From the NCBI RefSeq assembly GCF_032444005.1, contig NC_091284.1, positions 37,510,001 through 37,574,000 of the forward strand: DNA of 64,000 bases, in the 5' to 3' direction. A model generated the notes under the pieces. It did not search any database. It worked only from the letters and a program-made list of their open reading frames with translations, and had not been told where the DNA came from. The stretch is from Ranitomeya imitator. Lineage: Eukaryota. Within the stretch, counting starts at the first letter, position 1; each line of letters starts with the position of its first letter. Positions 23,501 to 35,869 of the stretch are shown here, in pieces. A program made the translations under genes and the position numbers.

Positions 23501-24630
23501 GACATTATACCAGGATGGGAGACATATTCTACTGGAAGGGGCCCTGGATGGGGACATTATACCAGGATGGGGTGCATATATTAATGGAAAAGGCCCAGCA
23601 TGGGAGTATTATACCAAGATGGGGGACATATTTTACTGGAAGGGGCTCAGGATGGGGGCATTATACCAGAATGGGGGACATTATACCAGGATAGGGGACA
23701 TATATTACTGGAAGCACCCAGGACAGGGGGCGTCATACCAGGGGGACATATTTTACTGGAAGGGGCCCAGGAAGAGGGTATTATATCAGGATGGGGGACA
23801 TATTTTATTGGAATGGGGCCAGGATGGGGAAATTATACCAGAATGGGGGACATATTTTATTGGAATGTGGCCAGGATGGGGGACATTATAACAGGATGGC
23901 GGACATATATTACTGGAAGGGGCCCAGAATGGAGGGCATTATACCAGGATGAAGTACATATATTACTGGAAGGGGCCATAGGGGCTTATATTACTGGAAG
24001 GGGCACATGATGGAAGGCATTATACCAGGATGGGGGACATATATTATTGGAAAGGGCTCAGGATGAGAGTATTATGCCAGGCTGGGGGACATATTTTACA
24101 GGAAGGGGCCCAGGATGGGGGACATGTATTACTGGAAGGGGCGCAGGATGGGGGGCATTGAACTATGATGGGGGAAATATATTACTGGAAGAGGCCCATG
24201 ATAGGGTACTTTATACCAGGATGGGGACACATATAGTATTACTGGAAAGGGACCAAGATGGGGGTCATTATACCAGGATGTGGAAAATATATAGTATAAT
24301 GGAAAAGGACCAGAATGGGGGGGCATTATACCTGGATGGGGAACATATATTACTGGGTGGGGTCTAGAATGGGGGGCATTAAACCAGGAAATGCCAAGGA
24401 TGGGGTACATTATACATGGAAGGGGCCCAGGATGGGGTACATTAATACAGGAAGGGGCCAGGATGGAGGACATTATTACAAAAAGCTAGCATGGAGGATA
24501 TTGTTACATGAGAGGGTGCATATGTATGTCTTCAAATGATCTGGAATACTACAAGGGTCCATACATCTGATGAACACACAGGAAGGGGCCTAGGCCCAAA
24601 TTTTGCATCGGGACCCATTGGACTCTAGTG
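17502..24630. mobile_element. Degenerate hAT-like non-autonomous element hosting the large minisatellite
   Basis: The left end CAGTTGCATAAC.. resembles a CAGTGGCGTAACT-type hAT terminus, and the right end GGCCCAAATTTTGCATCGGGACCCATTGGACTCTAGT resembles a subterminal motif. The last ~10 bp and a TSD were not found. Confidence 0.4.
17700..24480. repeat. Modular G-rich minisatellite with higher-order repeats
   Basis: A constant CATTATACCAGGATGGG(G)n module alternates with 3-4 variant modules. ORF-track offsets show 303-bp and 1623-bp periods. The array degenerates after about 23580. Confidence 0.97.
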
Positions 24631-24670
24631 AATAGGTCATCAAAATTCAAGGCCTGTACAACTACTTTAA

Positions 24671-24992
24671 GGCTATGTGCACACGTTCAGGATTTCTTGC
24701 AGAAATTTCCTGAGCAAAACCAGACATTTTCTGCAAGAAATCTGCATGCGTTTTTCTCGCGTTTTTTGCCCTTTTTTTGTGGATTTTTCTGGAGATTTCC
24801 CAATACAATGATATAGTGGCAAACATGCTGCGTTTTTTTTACCGCAATGCCTTTTTTTTCTCAGAAAAAAACGCATCATGTACACAAAAATTGTGGAATA
24901 CATTCTAAATGATGGGATGAGTTTTTTATGCATTTTTATAACTAAAAAAACACGAAAAAAATGTGAAAAATCCACAAAGTGTGCACACAGCT
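24671..24992. mobile_element. PIF/Harbinger-type MITE (same family as 15889-16657, opposite orientation)
   Basis: TAA|GGCTATGTGCACAC ... GTGTGCACACAGCT|TAA. Confidence 0.82.
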
Positions 24993-25204
24993 TAATACTC
25001 AATATTGAGAGTGCAAAAATATTGGTGTCAGTCAGCCAAGAAGCGGCATAAGGACCAGTCTGTTAAGATGTGCCAAAGTCATACGAAAGAGTGCAGCATG
25101 GAGATGGTCTTGGCTCATCTTCTGCCTGCTCTATTTGTAGGCTTTCTCCAGTTTAAATAAATGTCACAAATCTCATGTTTGCCTTGGGTATGTACTGGGC
25201 TTTA

Positions 25205-26114
25205 GGCCTGTCCCACACGTCCAGATAATTCCGATACCGGAAAAATAGGTACCGGAATTATCCGTGTCCGTGTGCTCACATTGCACATCAGTGTGGCACA
25301 CATGGGGCAGCCGTGTGCCGCCCGTGTGCCAACTGGGTACCACACGGACCATGCAGGAGACAGTAAGCGCTGTCCCCTGCTTTGGGTGCTGAAGCCCCAT
25401 TCATTTCTTCTCTCCAGCAGCGTTCGCTGGAGCGAAGGAATGAAAAATCTTTTTTTTTTTTTTTTTTTTGCGGTGTAAATAAAGTTCCCTGTAACCAACC
25501 CCCTCCCACCTCCTGTGCGCCCACCCGCTGGAAAGAAAATACTCACCTAGCTCCCTCGATGCTTCCTCTCAGCGTCACAGCTCTTCCTGCGACAGAGGGG
25601 AGGAGCCGCATATTCATCACTGTAATAAGCGGCACCACGTGACCGCTCATACAGGAAGAGCTGCGACGCTGAGAGGAAGCATCGAGGGAGCTAGGTGAGT
25701 ATTTTCTTTCCAGCGGGTGGGCGCACAGGGGGTGGGAGGGGGTTGGTTACAGCAAACTTTATTTACACCGCAAAAAAAAAAGATTTTTCATTCCTTCGCT
25801 CCAGCGAATGCTGCTGGAGAGAAGAAATGAATGGGGCTTCAGCACCACAAGCTGGGGGGACAGCGCTTACTGTAGCGCTGTCTCCTGCATGGCACACGGA
25901 CTGCACACGGACAGCATCCGTATGCGGTACGTGTTTTACACTCCCTCGAACACTGACATGTCTCCGTGTTTTTCAAACGGACACACGGTCCGTGAAAACA
26001 TGCTGACATGTGCAGAGACACATTGATTTTAATGTGTCTATGTGAGTCAGTGACTCCGGTACGTGAGGAAACTGTCTCCACACGTACCGGAGCCACTGAC
26101 GTGTGAAACCGGCC
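25205..26114. mobile_element. Palindromic PIF/Harbinger-type MITE
   Basis: TTA|GGCCTGTCCCACAC ... GTGTGAAACCGGCC|TAA, with long internal inverted arms at about 25363-25600 and 25655-25875. Confidence 0.82.
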
Positions 26115-28334
26115 TAAGTGATATTATATCCATGCAAGTGATAGAATGTGACACAGCTAATAAATTAGTGATTGGCGATCCATTCCATGGATTTATTTTA
26201 TTTTTTTAAATAAAGTAAATAAACTGCAGCCGGGTGGACAGTGGCTTTCTGAAGCTGGAAACCCCTTTTAAGTGCCTCAATGAAGTAGCGTCTGGTTGAT
26301 CAATCTGATGTCGATCATACGCCATGAACTAAACTGGTGGATCACGGAGGTCGTTTTAGGAATAAAATGGTAAACGTCAGAACGAGCTTGTGCAAAGTGG
26401 AAAAGCCAAACTATTGTAACGTACACTTGTAGTTTGAGCCCAAGAACAACTGAATAATATAACTGACAGATGACTTTTATGGCAGGCAGTAGGAGCCGCC
26501 GTGAATGGTCTTTTGATTTTAAAATCCACTTGATAATCAGCCAAAATGGTCTAAATTGCCTGTATCGCCCAACTTTTATGTCATCAGAGTTGATCATGGA
26601 AGGTTCCAAGAGTAGACTTATGGAGGTAAAGGATTTAATTTAGGTGGGACCCGAACGGAGAGTCTAAGAAATGATCTGTTCTTCACAATTAATCATCTGA
26701 TGATGGTTTGTGCTTTCCTGGAACAAATCTTGTTTTCGCTCTCCTAGAATAGTCAACATAAGTAAGGAGATCCCGAGAGTCATAGCGCGGTGCCTACTTT
26801 AGTTGAGAGAATGGGTCATAATTTTGAGTCAATGCAGAATTTGGTCAGTGGAGGGGCAAGAGAAGACAGAATCCGAGATACAGAAACGTAATTAATGGAC
26901 TCAATGAACCTACTGCCCCACTATCAAAGAGTTCTTACGTAGGATATCTAAGTTATAGCTATAGGTTGAGCCTATAAAAGGCCAGGTAAGTAGCCCAAGG
27001 GTAAGTAAAATACTGTCATATGCTGAGGAGTCCTGACGATCTCCATGTTCCTACAATTAGTGATGAGGAGACTGCTGTTAACGTCTTTGTTTCCTCGCTG
27101 TCCTCTTTAGTCATTTTACCCATTGTTGAATCCATACCTTGAGGCTAAAACCAGTGGGAAACATAAAACATATGTAGTATGAAAAGAAAGACTTCAAGTG
27201 ACACTTCAGTGAGTAGACGGGAAAAGCCAGAGTCTGTGCACAACAGAAGGGGCTGGATTTACCTTGACCCAACATGTCTGCTCCGGAGTGGGATGTACTG
27301 GTTCGGTTGGGCGGCACCTCTCCCTGTCATCCAGCTGTTTAGTAGTGAACATATCACTCAAGAATTGGCAGCTGACAGACACGTGCAAACTGACACGATG
27401 GAGACGATAGCTAGGAGATACCGTCCGTGCTACTCTGCATTTTTGGAAATCCTTCGGGGTTTCATTTTTGACTAGTCGAATAATTGAACCAATAAGTAGG
27501 GGCGCGAGACATAAATGCAGTGGGCACTTGGGGGGAGACATCTTTACATTAGGCACATAAGCAAGAGAAAGTGTCCATAAAAAGTGCCAACCAGTGAAAT
27601 ACAATGACAATACCAATACCACTCTCTGCCCCGCCACTTGCCCTTGTGGCTAAGGACATAAGTACAACAAGTTGAGAAATTGGCCCAAGAATCATGAATA
27701 GGATGTGGATTGGCCAACTATAGCCTCCCTGCTTCAATTATGTTGAACCTGCCCAGGGGTCGTCCAAAGGGAAAATATTGTGCACGTACCTAACTTATCT
27801 CAAATTTTTATTTCCGTCATTTTCCTGGCTGTCAGAGGAGTTGTCTCATTTTTGTTCTTCAGGAGCACATCGCTCTCCCGCCTCCTCCTTTCTGGTTGCT
27901 GGTGAGGAGAAAAGGGCTGATGAGCTCCTGAAAATTGACCATTCGGACCGGTTTCATGTCTAGTGTGCACTAATGCTGCTATATGAGGCATCAGAGAAGC
28001 GAAGGGACGAGCCACCAAGTCGTCTTTGGAGCAGCACTTACAATGCAGGCGATTAGTTTCTCCATACAGGAGGCATCTTTATCGCCATCAAAGGCTTTTG
28101 TACCAAGTATTAAATACATTTCAGTAAACATGTTCAATACTTCTTCCCTGTGTCATTTCACATTATTCCACATAACGTATGGAAATTTATGGTTTTATTT
28201 CTTTACCTATGTGGTTTGGATGAGTTGTTACTGACATCTGGTGAGAACTTCATGTCAGTAGCACCTTTAGAAATATATTTACTTCGTACATTGGTGACGT
28301 GTTCCATCTGGCTAAACAAGTCTACTTCACCACC

Positions 28335-30170
28335 CACTTCATCACATCACTAGCCAACAAGCCAACTCTTTGAAACTTTTAGCTCCCTGCTAACGTACAG
28401 GCCCCATTACCAACCTCAGCGCTGATGATCTGGTCAATTATTCCCAACAAAAAATATCAATCATATTCGTGAAGACATTTTTAGACATTACTGTCAGAGC
28501 CTAAATCCCCTTCCCACCTGCACCTCAAATTCACTATCCATCTTCGAGCCTGTCACAGAAGAAGACGTTACCAGGTTCTTTGCTTCTTCTTGCCCTGCAC
28601 CAGTGACCCTATTACCTCACATCTCCTTCAGTCCCACTTACCCTGTTTAACCTCTCTATTTCTTCGGCTATCTTTACCTCTTTATTCAAACACGACATCA
28701 TAAACCGTTTACTTAAAAAGCCATCCCTGGACCAGAACTGTGCTGCTAACTACAGACCGGTCTCTAATCATCCCTGTATCTCCAAACTCCTGGAACGCTC
28801 GGTCCCCTTCCATCTCATCTGCTGTCTCTCAGATAACTCTCTTCTCGACCCCTTACAATCTGGTTTCCGCTCTCCACGTTCTACTGAAACTGCCCTCAAT
28901 AAAGTCTCTAATGACCTATTAACAGCAAAATCCATTGGTCATTGCTCCCTGCTGATTCTGCTGGATATCTCTGCAGCATTCGACACTGTGGATCATGAGC
29001 TCCATCTGACTATACTCTGCTCTATCGGGCTCAAGGATTCCGTTCTCTCCTTCCACCTCTCTGACTGCTCCTTCACTGTGTTTTTTGTCAACTCTTCTTC
29101 CTCGATTCTTACCCGTACTATCAGTGTTTCTTAAGGCTCAATACTAGGCCCCTCCTCTTCTCTCTATACCCTGCACCTATTGGTCAAGCCTATAGTAGAT
29201 TTTGTTTCCAGTATCACCTCTATGCCGATGACACCAATTATACACATTGTGTCCACGCCTGACATCACCCCCACCTTATTACAACATACCAGTGATTGCC
29301 TGTCTGCTGTCTCTAACATCATGTCCTCCTTCTTTCTGAAACTGAATCTTTTACCATTGTTCCCTATATCCAATCATTCGCTCATGTCACCTGCACCTTA
29401 AAAGTATCTCCAGATTCTGACCTTTTCTCACCTTTGAATCTCAAAAAAGTCTTACTATTGCTCTTAGTCACTGATCAGTCTCCCTCTAACCAAACTTTCT
29501 CCTCTACAATCCATCCTGAATTCAGCAGCCAGTGTCGTATTTTTGTCCAGCCGCTTCACCGATGCCTCTACCCTGTGCCAGGCATTGCACTGGTTATCCA
29601 TTCCCTAGATAATCCATTATAAACTCATCCCTCTCACTCACAGAGCTCTCCACAGTTCCGCATCACCCTTTATCGCCTCCCTCTTCTCTGTCTATTGCTC
29701 TGTGCTCTCCATTCTGCAACTGATCTAAGACTAAGATCCCCCATAATGAGAACCTTGCACCTCCGTCTACAAGACTTCTCCCATGCTGCGCCAGTCTACT
29801 GGAATGCACTACCCCAAAAGAACCGACAAATATCTCGCTCCCATGTTTTTAAGAAAGCTTTAAAAACACATCTGTTTAGACAAGCCTATCCCCTCAACTC
29901 ACTAACCTAACTCTCCCCTCTTCCCTCCTTCTAAATGTTATTCATAACGTGCTCCTTCTGCCTCCACATCCTCCATGCACCATATAGCAGACGGTAACTG
30001 CACTCAGATCCTGGCTGACGACCGGATCGTGCAGCTTAATATGAAAACCCATATTATAATAATGATGGTGTTACATTTTATTCTTTTTATTGTCTGCACA
30101 TGTCCCTACTTAATTGTAAAGTGCTGCGGAATATGTTAGCGCTATATAATAAAAAATTATTATTATTTTA
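28335..30170 (+). mobile_element. Old degraded L2 LINE (RT region and 3' tail)
   Basis: Remnants of [24 protein letters not shown] (tctgcagcattcgacactgtggatcat) and LYADDT (ctctatgccgatgacacc). The tail TGTAAAGTGCTGCGGAATATGTTAGCGCT is followed by (ATT)n. Confidence 0.85.
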
Positions 30171-30501
30171 ATATTTATTTCACCCGCTGTGTAATTATTA
30201 TTATTTTATATTATTATATTTTTTATTATGTTATATAATGATATTATAAGTATTTTTATAACACTATTTTGTACACTGTCCACCATGGTAGAGATGCTAA
30301 CAAAAGGTACAGAACAAGTATACTCAAATTATGCGATACTGACCACCAAAAACACCTAATCCCTAATGATGCGCAAATACCACGTAAAGGGCTTTTCCTT
30401 GAGGTCAAAGGACACCTTGGGGTAAAGAGAGCACAAGATCATTGATACGGACACGTTACATAAATCGTTTTGCTGAACTATAACCTCTGCGGAAGAATAA
30501 G

Positions 30502-30535
30502 CTGCAGTGCTGTAAATGACCAGTAGATGTCACTA
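30502..30535 (+). promoter_or_regulatory. Candidate CTCF site with upstream motif
   Basis: CTGCAGTGCT-gtaaa-TGACCAGTAGATGTCACTA. The core matches CCASYAGRKGGCRS with one mismatch and is preceded by a TGCAG upstream element. Motif match only. Confidence 0.45.
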
Positions 30536-31764
30536 GTTCTCCACTGTCTCCACTTTCACACTGCTGCAAAAAACGCAGCGCTGCACCTGATCTTACACTT
30601 TTCAGTGATTTATTTCTAGTTTTATTGTTCTCTGGAACTAAAAGATGTCATTTCCTCCTTTTTTTGTAAATATTAAGATACTCTTAGCTCAGAAGGATCG
30701 TTTATATTTCATGAGCACTTCATGGCACAAGGTTTCAGTTCTGTCATTTTTGCCCTTTAACAAGTCCCTGTTACATACAAAGAATATTTTTCCTTAAAAT
30801 AAAACAAAAAATAATACATCATACACTGCTACAGTTTAAGAAACTCTGTAAGTGGAAAGAAGTATTCAAAAGTTATCCCCTATGTGAGGGACTGGGGACA
30901 ATTTGCAGATAGTTGGGGGTCTCACCGCGGCCCCTGGTTCATTCTGATGGGGCATTGGAGAGTCTTTTTCATTTAACACTAAACCACAAGTTAGCACCCA
31001 CACTTTAGAGAAGGGGTTAACTTTAAATGTTGGGAATGACCTAAAAGGGGGGCAGATTACCATGTGTAGACATTTTTAAAGTCACTTTCGCTTGTGGTTG
31101 CGTTTTGTACTTTGCCCCAAATTTATCAAAGAGTTGCAAAAAGTTTTCTAAATTCGGACCACCTTCATATATAATATTCTGTCCAGAGCTGTTTTCCCGC
31201 TTTCTACTCCTCCCATACTAGAGTGAGACTTGTTGACATTTTGTGCAACTTTTTTTTTTGCATAAATCCATCCTAGCATCAGAGGTGTATCTAGGTTTTC
31301 TGGCACATGGGGCAAGAGAAAGAAAAGCTCATTGACACGTGACAGTCAGTATGAAAATCGCATATGAATGACGCGTCCATGTGATGGCTGCTGCCACCTG
31401 CAAGCAGAGCTGAATCCTGACAGTGAGGATATTACACGCTGTTAGGATTGGTTACAGGTCTTCGTTTTATAATTAAAGGGTGCGTCCATGTTTGAGATCA
31501 AAGTCTGCAGTCACTATAGGTGGCTGCAGGCTCCTGAATTCTCACAGTGCATGCACTGCACACTTTTAGGATTCTCCCTTGCCGGTGGCAAGAGTGGACG
31601 TTCATGTCAGCACAAGCATGCCATTTGTATACTTCTGACCACATTCCGACTAGACGTGCCCGAACCTCGCTCAGTTCATTTTCAATTAGTGAGGCCGCGC
31701 ATGTCTAGTCAGCACATGACCGCATGTATGCAAATCGCCAACACCAGAGAATCCTGACAGCGTG

Positions 31765-32888
31765 TGTGACGCCCCAGGGTCTTGCTTGTCGCAGTGACAT
31801 TGCTCTCCTCACGGGGAGGGTGATGTTACGTTTGGAAGCGATGAAGGATCTCTATTATCAGGTAATCACAATGCATACAACATGTTTACACTCCAGGCCA
31901 GAAGGGGGAGCTCTAAGCCTAGTATAGGGTGTACTCCCCTATAAATACATTCTGATCTGGAGGGAAAAGGTTCAGAGAGTTAGACACAGAAGAGAGCAGA
32001 CCGACATAGAGTGTCAGAAGGTCTGAAGGGGCCTGTAGTCAGACGTACTACAGCCCCAGGAGAGAGATATATAGAAGGAAGGAACATCGTTTACTGAGTG
32101 TGCAGGAGAGCGAAGCACAGGAGAGACATCAGGGGAGACCGGCTGTGAATGAACTATCTCCATCTGAACCACAGATCACCGGTAGCCGGGACTCGGATGC
32201 TTTTGTGGGACTCTAAGACACATAGCAGAGACCGGCAGGACAACTGAATTTCAAGTTACCTGTCCACCACACACCTGAAGACACAGTAACACATAGAGCC
32301 CGGGGCGTGATAGAGTCCCTGTAAAAAGGCTCGAGTTACCTGTCATACAGGTATTGTCCTATCCTATATGGGGGACAGAGAGAAGAACTGTGAGGACCTT
32401 ATCTGCAGCCATAGGCAGTAAGGGACTACAACACCACCGTTCTAGAGGAAGGCTTTTAACTCCACCTGGTAAAGGGGACTCTGGATTCGCTTACAAGCCG
32501 GCCGGACCCTGCCTGCCCTGTGATCTGGTACCCTGGACTGTGCCTGCCTGAAGTCTTCAGTAAATCAGGTAAAGAGACTGTAAACCTGTGTCCTCGTTCT
32601 TTACTGCCACCCTTCATGATCTTGCATCTACACACCGGGAGCCCTGGGGATATACTTCACCTGTGGGAAGTTGTACCATCTAGCTGCCATAACATCACCC
32701 CAGAGGACCCCTTAAAGCAACGTCGGTCACCACTGACCGAACAGCACAGGTGGCGACAAGAACATAAACTTCATTCAATTCACCTTTTACATGGGCGCCC
32801 AGGGCCACGGACCAGGTCACCACCGTGACATCCCCCTGTGAACACCGGAGCCGGTACTGGGTACCCCACTGCCCTGGCGGGCGACTCA
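31765..32888 (+). repeat. 5' LTR
   Basis: TGTGACGCCCC...GGCGACTCA. Direct repeat of 43352-44470, roughly 8% different in the first ~170 nt by eye. Confidence 0.95.
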
Positions 32889-33255
32889 TCTTGGCTGACC
32901 CTGAGAATTGGGTCATGTGCTCCTAAAATACTGTGTTGTGCTAAGAAACTGTGCATTGTGAATTGCTGCCAAAACTGCCGCCATTGTAGCGCCACGCGGA
33001 GCGCGAGGGAAGTAGGGACATACAGTACCTTCGTGGGCAGAGCCAGCCGAAAAGAGCGCGAAGCAGTAGGAACGGGTGCCGTGCTGCGTGAGGAACACCG
33101 GAAGTGAAGACGCTGTGCAGCAGGGCCAGAAGGAAAGATGCCGCAAAGTGCTGGATGGAGGACCGGGAACAGCTGCAGACTGCGCAGCGGAGGAATCGCT
33201 ACAAACTCCGGAGGAGAGACGCCGGCCCCTATAAGGTTAGCAAGGGGGAGAAGCT

Positions 33256-34401
33256 ATGTCAGACCAGGGGGGAGAAATGGCGGTGGACGCAGCCGCAGCC
33301 CCTGTGATTCCCCAAGACCTCGGGATGGATGCAGCCGCAGCCCCTGTGATACCCCAAGACCCTGTGGGGGACTCAGCCGCCAGACTCCTGGCACCCCCGG
33401 GCCCCGCCACAGATGCACCTGCAGGCCCAATATTGTCACCAGGCCTCGCAGCTTCTACTCACAGGCCGGACCCCACTGCAGCTACAGCACCCATCATGCC
33501 GCTGTCCATGCCCTATATTCCTGGATCGGCCTGGCTTCCACAATATTCTGGGGAGTCCCATACATTAAGTGACTTTAAAGAAAGGCTATGTAGCCTGTTT
33601 GAAGACTATCCTTTGACCGAGCATCAAAAGGTCAGCATCTTAATTGGACAATTGATAGGCGCAGCCCTAAGAGAAGTGAAATCCTGGCCAAATATGGAAA
33701 AAGGAACTGTGCAGCAGATATTTTCTAAACTTAAAACCACCTTTGACACCCGCACCGCTGCAGAACTCAAAATGAAGTTTTTTGGGTGCAAGCAGAGAGC
33801 ACAGGATAGCATACAGAACTATGCCCTTAATCTCCAGGAGGCACTGTGGGCCGTCAGACAGGTTGACCCTAACAGCAGGCAGGATGGAGACAAGCTCTTA
33901 AAGGTGCAGTTCATTGAGGATCTCCTTGCCAGCACCCACCGGACACAACTGCACATCCTGGCCCTGCAAAACCCTGACCTGGACTTTGCGCAATTTAAGG
34001 ACAGAGCCATCCGGGTGCTGCATGAACCTTAGCCCAGCCACACAGTGCCCCATAGGTGTCCAGCTCTCACGTACCACCAGGAGATGGCATATCATCAGGT
34101 CCCAGTTGAGGTCGACACACAGATCCTGGATGATGACTCTTCCACAGGACTACGCATCCAGGTCCAGGAACTGACTAAAAGCATAGCTGCACTAGCTAAA
34201 ACCATGCAGTCCCTGCAGGAGTCGCCGAAAGAAAAGATCAAGCTGGCTTTCAGACCGGAGGACATACCCTGGCGACGACAGAAGAGGATCCTACCGACCA
34301 GAGGGAGAGACGACGATCGCTATTATTAGGACGGACGACCCATCTGCCGCCTCTGCGACCAGGCAGGACACATTGCAAGGTTCTGTCATTTAAACGAGTG
34401 A
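33256..34401 (+). pseudogene. gag (PNMA-like capsid + CCHC zinc knuckle) with premature stops
   Basis: ORFs 33256-34032 and 34045-34329 are in the same frame, separated by TAG. The knuckle CRLCDQAGHIARFC lies at about 34345-34386. Confidence 0.88.
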
Positions 34402-34447
34402 CCCCTGGGGCAGAGGGCCAACCCCCAGGAATAGGACGACCAGGCCC
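34389..34447 (+). promoter_or_regulatory. -1 programmed ribosomal frameshift signal (slippery site + predicted pseudoknot)
   Basis: T TTA AAC at 34389-34395 is in the gag frame. After an 8-nt spacer comes stem CCTGGGG/CCCCAGG (34404-34410/34423-34429), and loop GGGCC can pair with GGCCC at 34443-34447. pol is in the -1 frame. Confidence 0.78.
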
Positions 34448-35869
34448 ACAAAACTGGCGAGCCAAGTACGTCGGAGGACGTCCAGTCCTCCCAATTGTGA
34501 TCAACGGCATCCCGATGAAAGCTTTATTGGACACCTGTTCTCAGGTGACAACTATATCTTACATTCTATATAAACGGTACTGGGCTGAAACAGACATTAA
34601 TCGTGGCCCAGATGATGATTTGACAATAGTAGCCAGTAACAGTCAGCCGTTGCCACAGGTGGGGCACAAAGAGGTTACCATTAAGGTGGGGCGGGTAGAA
34701 TTGAAGGCCCAAGGAATGGTGATTGTTGATATTGACTGACGCGAACGTAACCCCATGATGACCATTGGTCTGTCTTGCAGAGGTTATTGTCTTATTGCAA
34801 CAGGTGGCCGAAACTGCTGGTTCCAGTGAACAACATGTCCTGCAGAAAGAAATCAGAGCTCTGGTGCAGAGACAGCAGGTAGAACTATCTGGTGGAGAAA
34901 TTGGCCGTGCCACAGTGAGTGATGCAATCCCCATCGCAATACCCCCCAGGAGTGAAATGTTAATATGGTGTCAGGCAACAATAGGCCTCAGAGGTAAAGA
35001 CTACCAGGCTCTGGTAGAACCTCTGTATTCAGATAGTAGGCCCACAATCCTGACAGAGGGGTGGTTGAAGTCCACAAGGGGAGGGTGCCAGTACATGTCC
35101 TTAACTGTGGAGAGAAGGAGGTCCACCTAACCAGATATGCCACAATTGCCAAACTGTTTACTGTTGATAATAATGTGATACAGGCAACAGAACCCTTGGT
35201 CCCATCCAACCAGTCGGAGGACAATGGCTCTGCAGGACAAATGGAAGATTGGTGTCAGAAATTACATGTGGGCACTGATTCTACACCTTCACACCAGAAA
35301 CAAGGGGCTTATCGGGTGGTCCATGAGTATGAGCAAGTATTCAGCGAGCACCCACTAGATTTTGGGCAGGTAAAAGGGATTCAACATCATATCCCCACGG
35401 GAGATCATCCGCCCATTAACCCCTTTACCCCCAAGGGTGGTTTGCACGTTAATGACCGGGCCAATTTTTACAATTCTGACCACTGTCCCTTGGTGAGGTT
35501 ATAACCCTGGAACGCTTCAACGGATCCCAGTGATTCTGACATTGTTTTCTCGTGACATATTGTACTTCATGACAATGGTAAAAATTATTTGATAGTACCT
35601 GCGTTTATTTGTAAAAAAAACGGAAATGTGGCGAAAATTATGAAAATTTTGCAATTTTCCAAATTTGAATTTTTATGCAATTAAATCACAGAGATATGTC
35701 ACACAAAATACTTAATAAGTAACATTTCCCACATGTCTACTTTACATCAGCACAATTTTGGAACCAAAATTTTTTTTTGTTAGGGAGTTATAAGGGTTAA
35801 AAGTTGACCAGCAATTTCTCATTTCTACAACACCATTTTTTTTTAGGGACCACATCTCATTTGAAGTCA

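Noticed and set aside
17700-23600. CRISPR-like look (constant repeat with intervening segments)
   Set aside because: The intervening segments come from only 3-4 recurring types, there are no cas genes, and the context is vertebrate. It is a minisatellite.
17812-24539. Long ORFs (up to 623 aa) in the G-rich array
   Set aside because: Open in several overlapping frames because the repeat unit rarely contains stops. No domain and no splice or promoter support.
26277-28353. Possible host exons or ORFs (26277-26609, 27206-27637, 27179-27475)
   Set aside because: No recognisable protein similarity. One plausible AG/GT pair on the minus strand (about 27263-27410) is not enough without transcript or homology data.
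32889-32910. Primer-binding site of the Gypsy element
   Set aside because: TCTTGGCTGACCCTGAG could not be matched with confidence to any tRNA 3' end.
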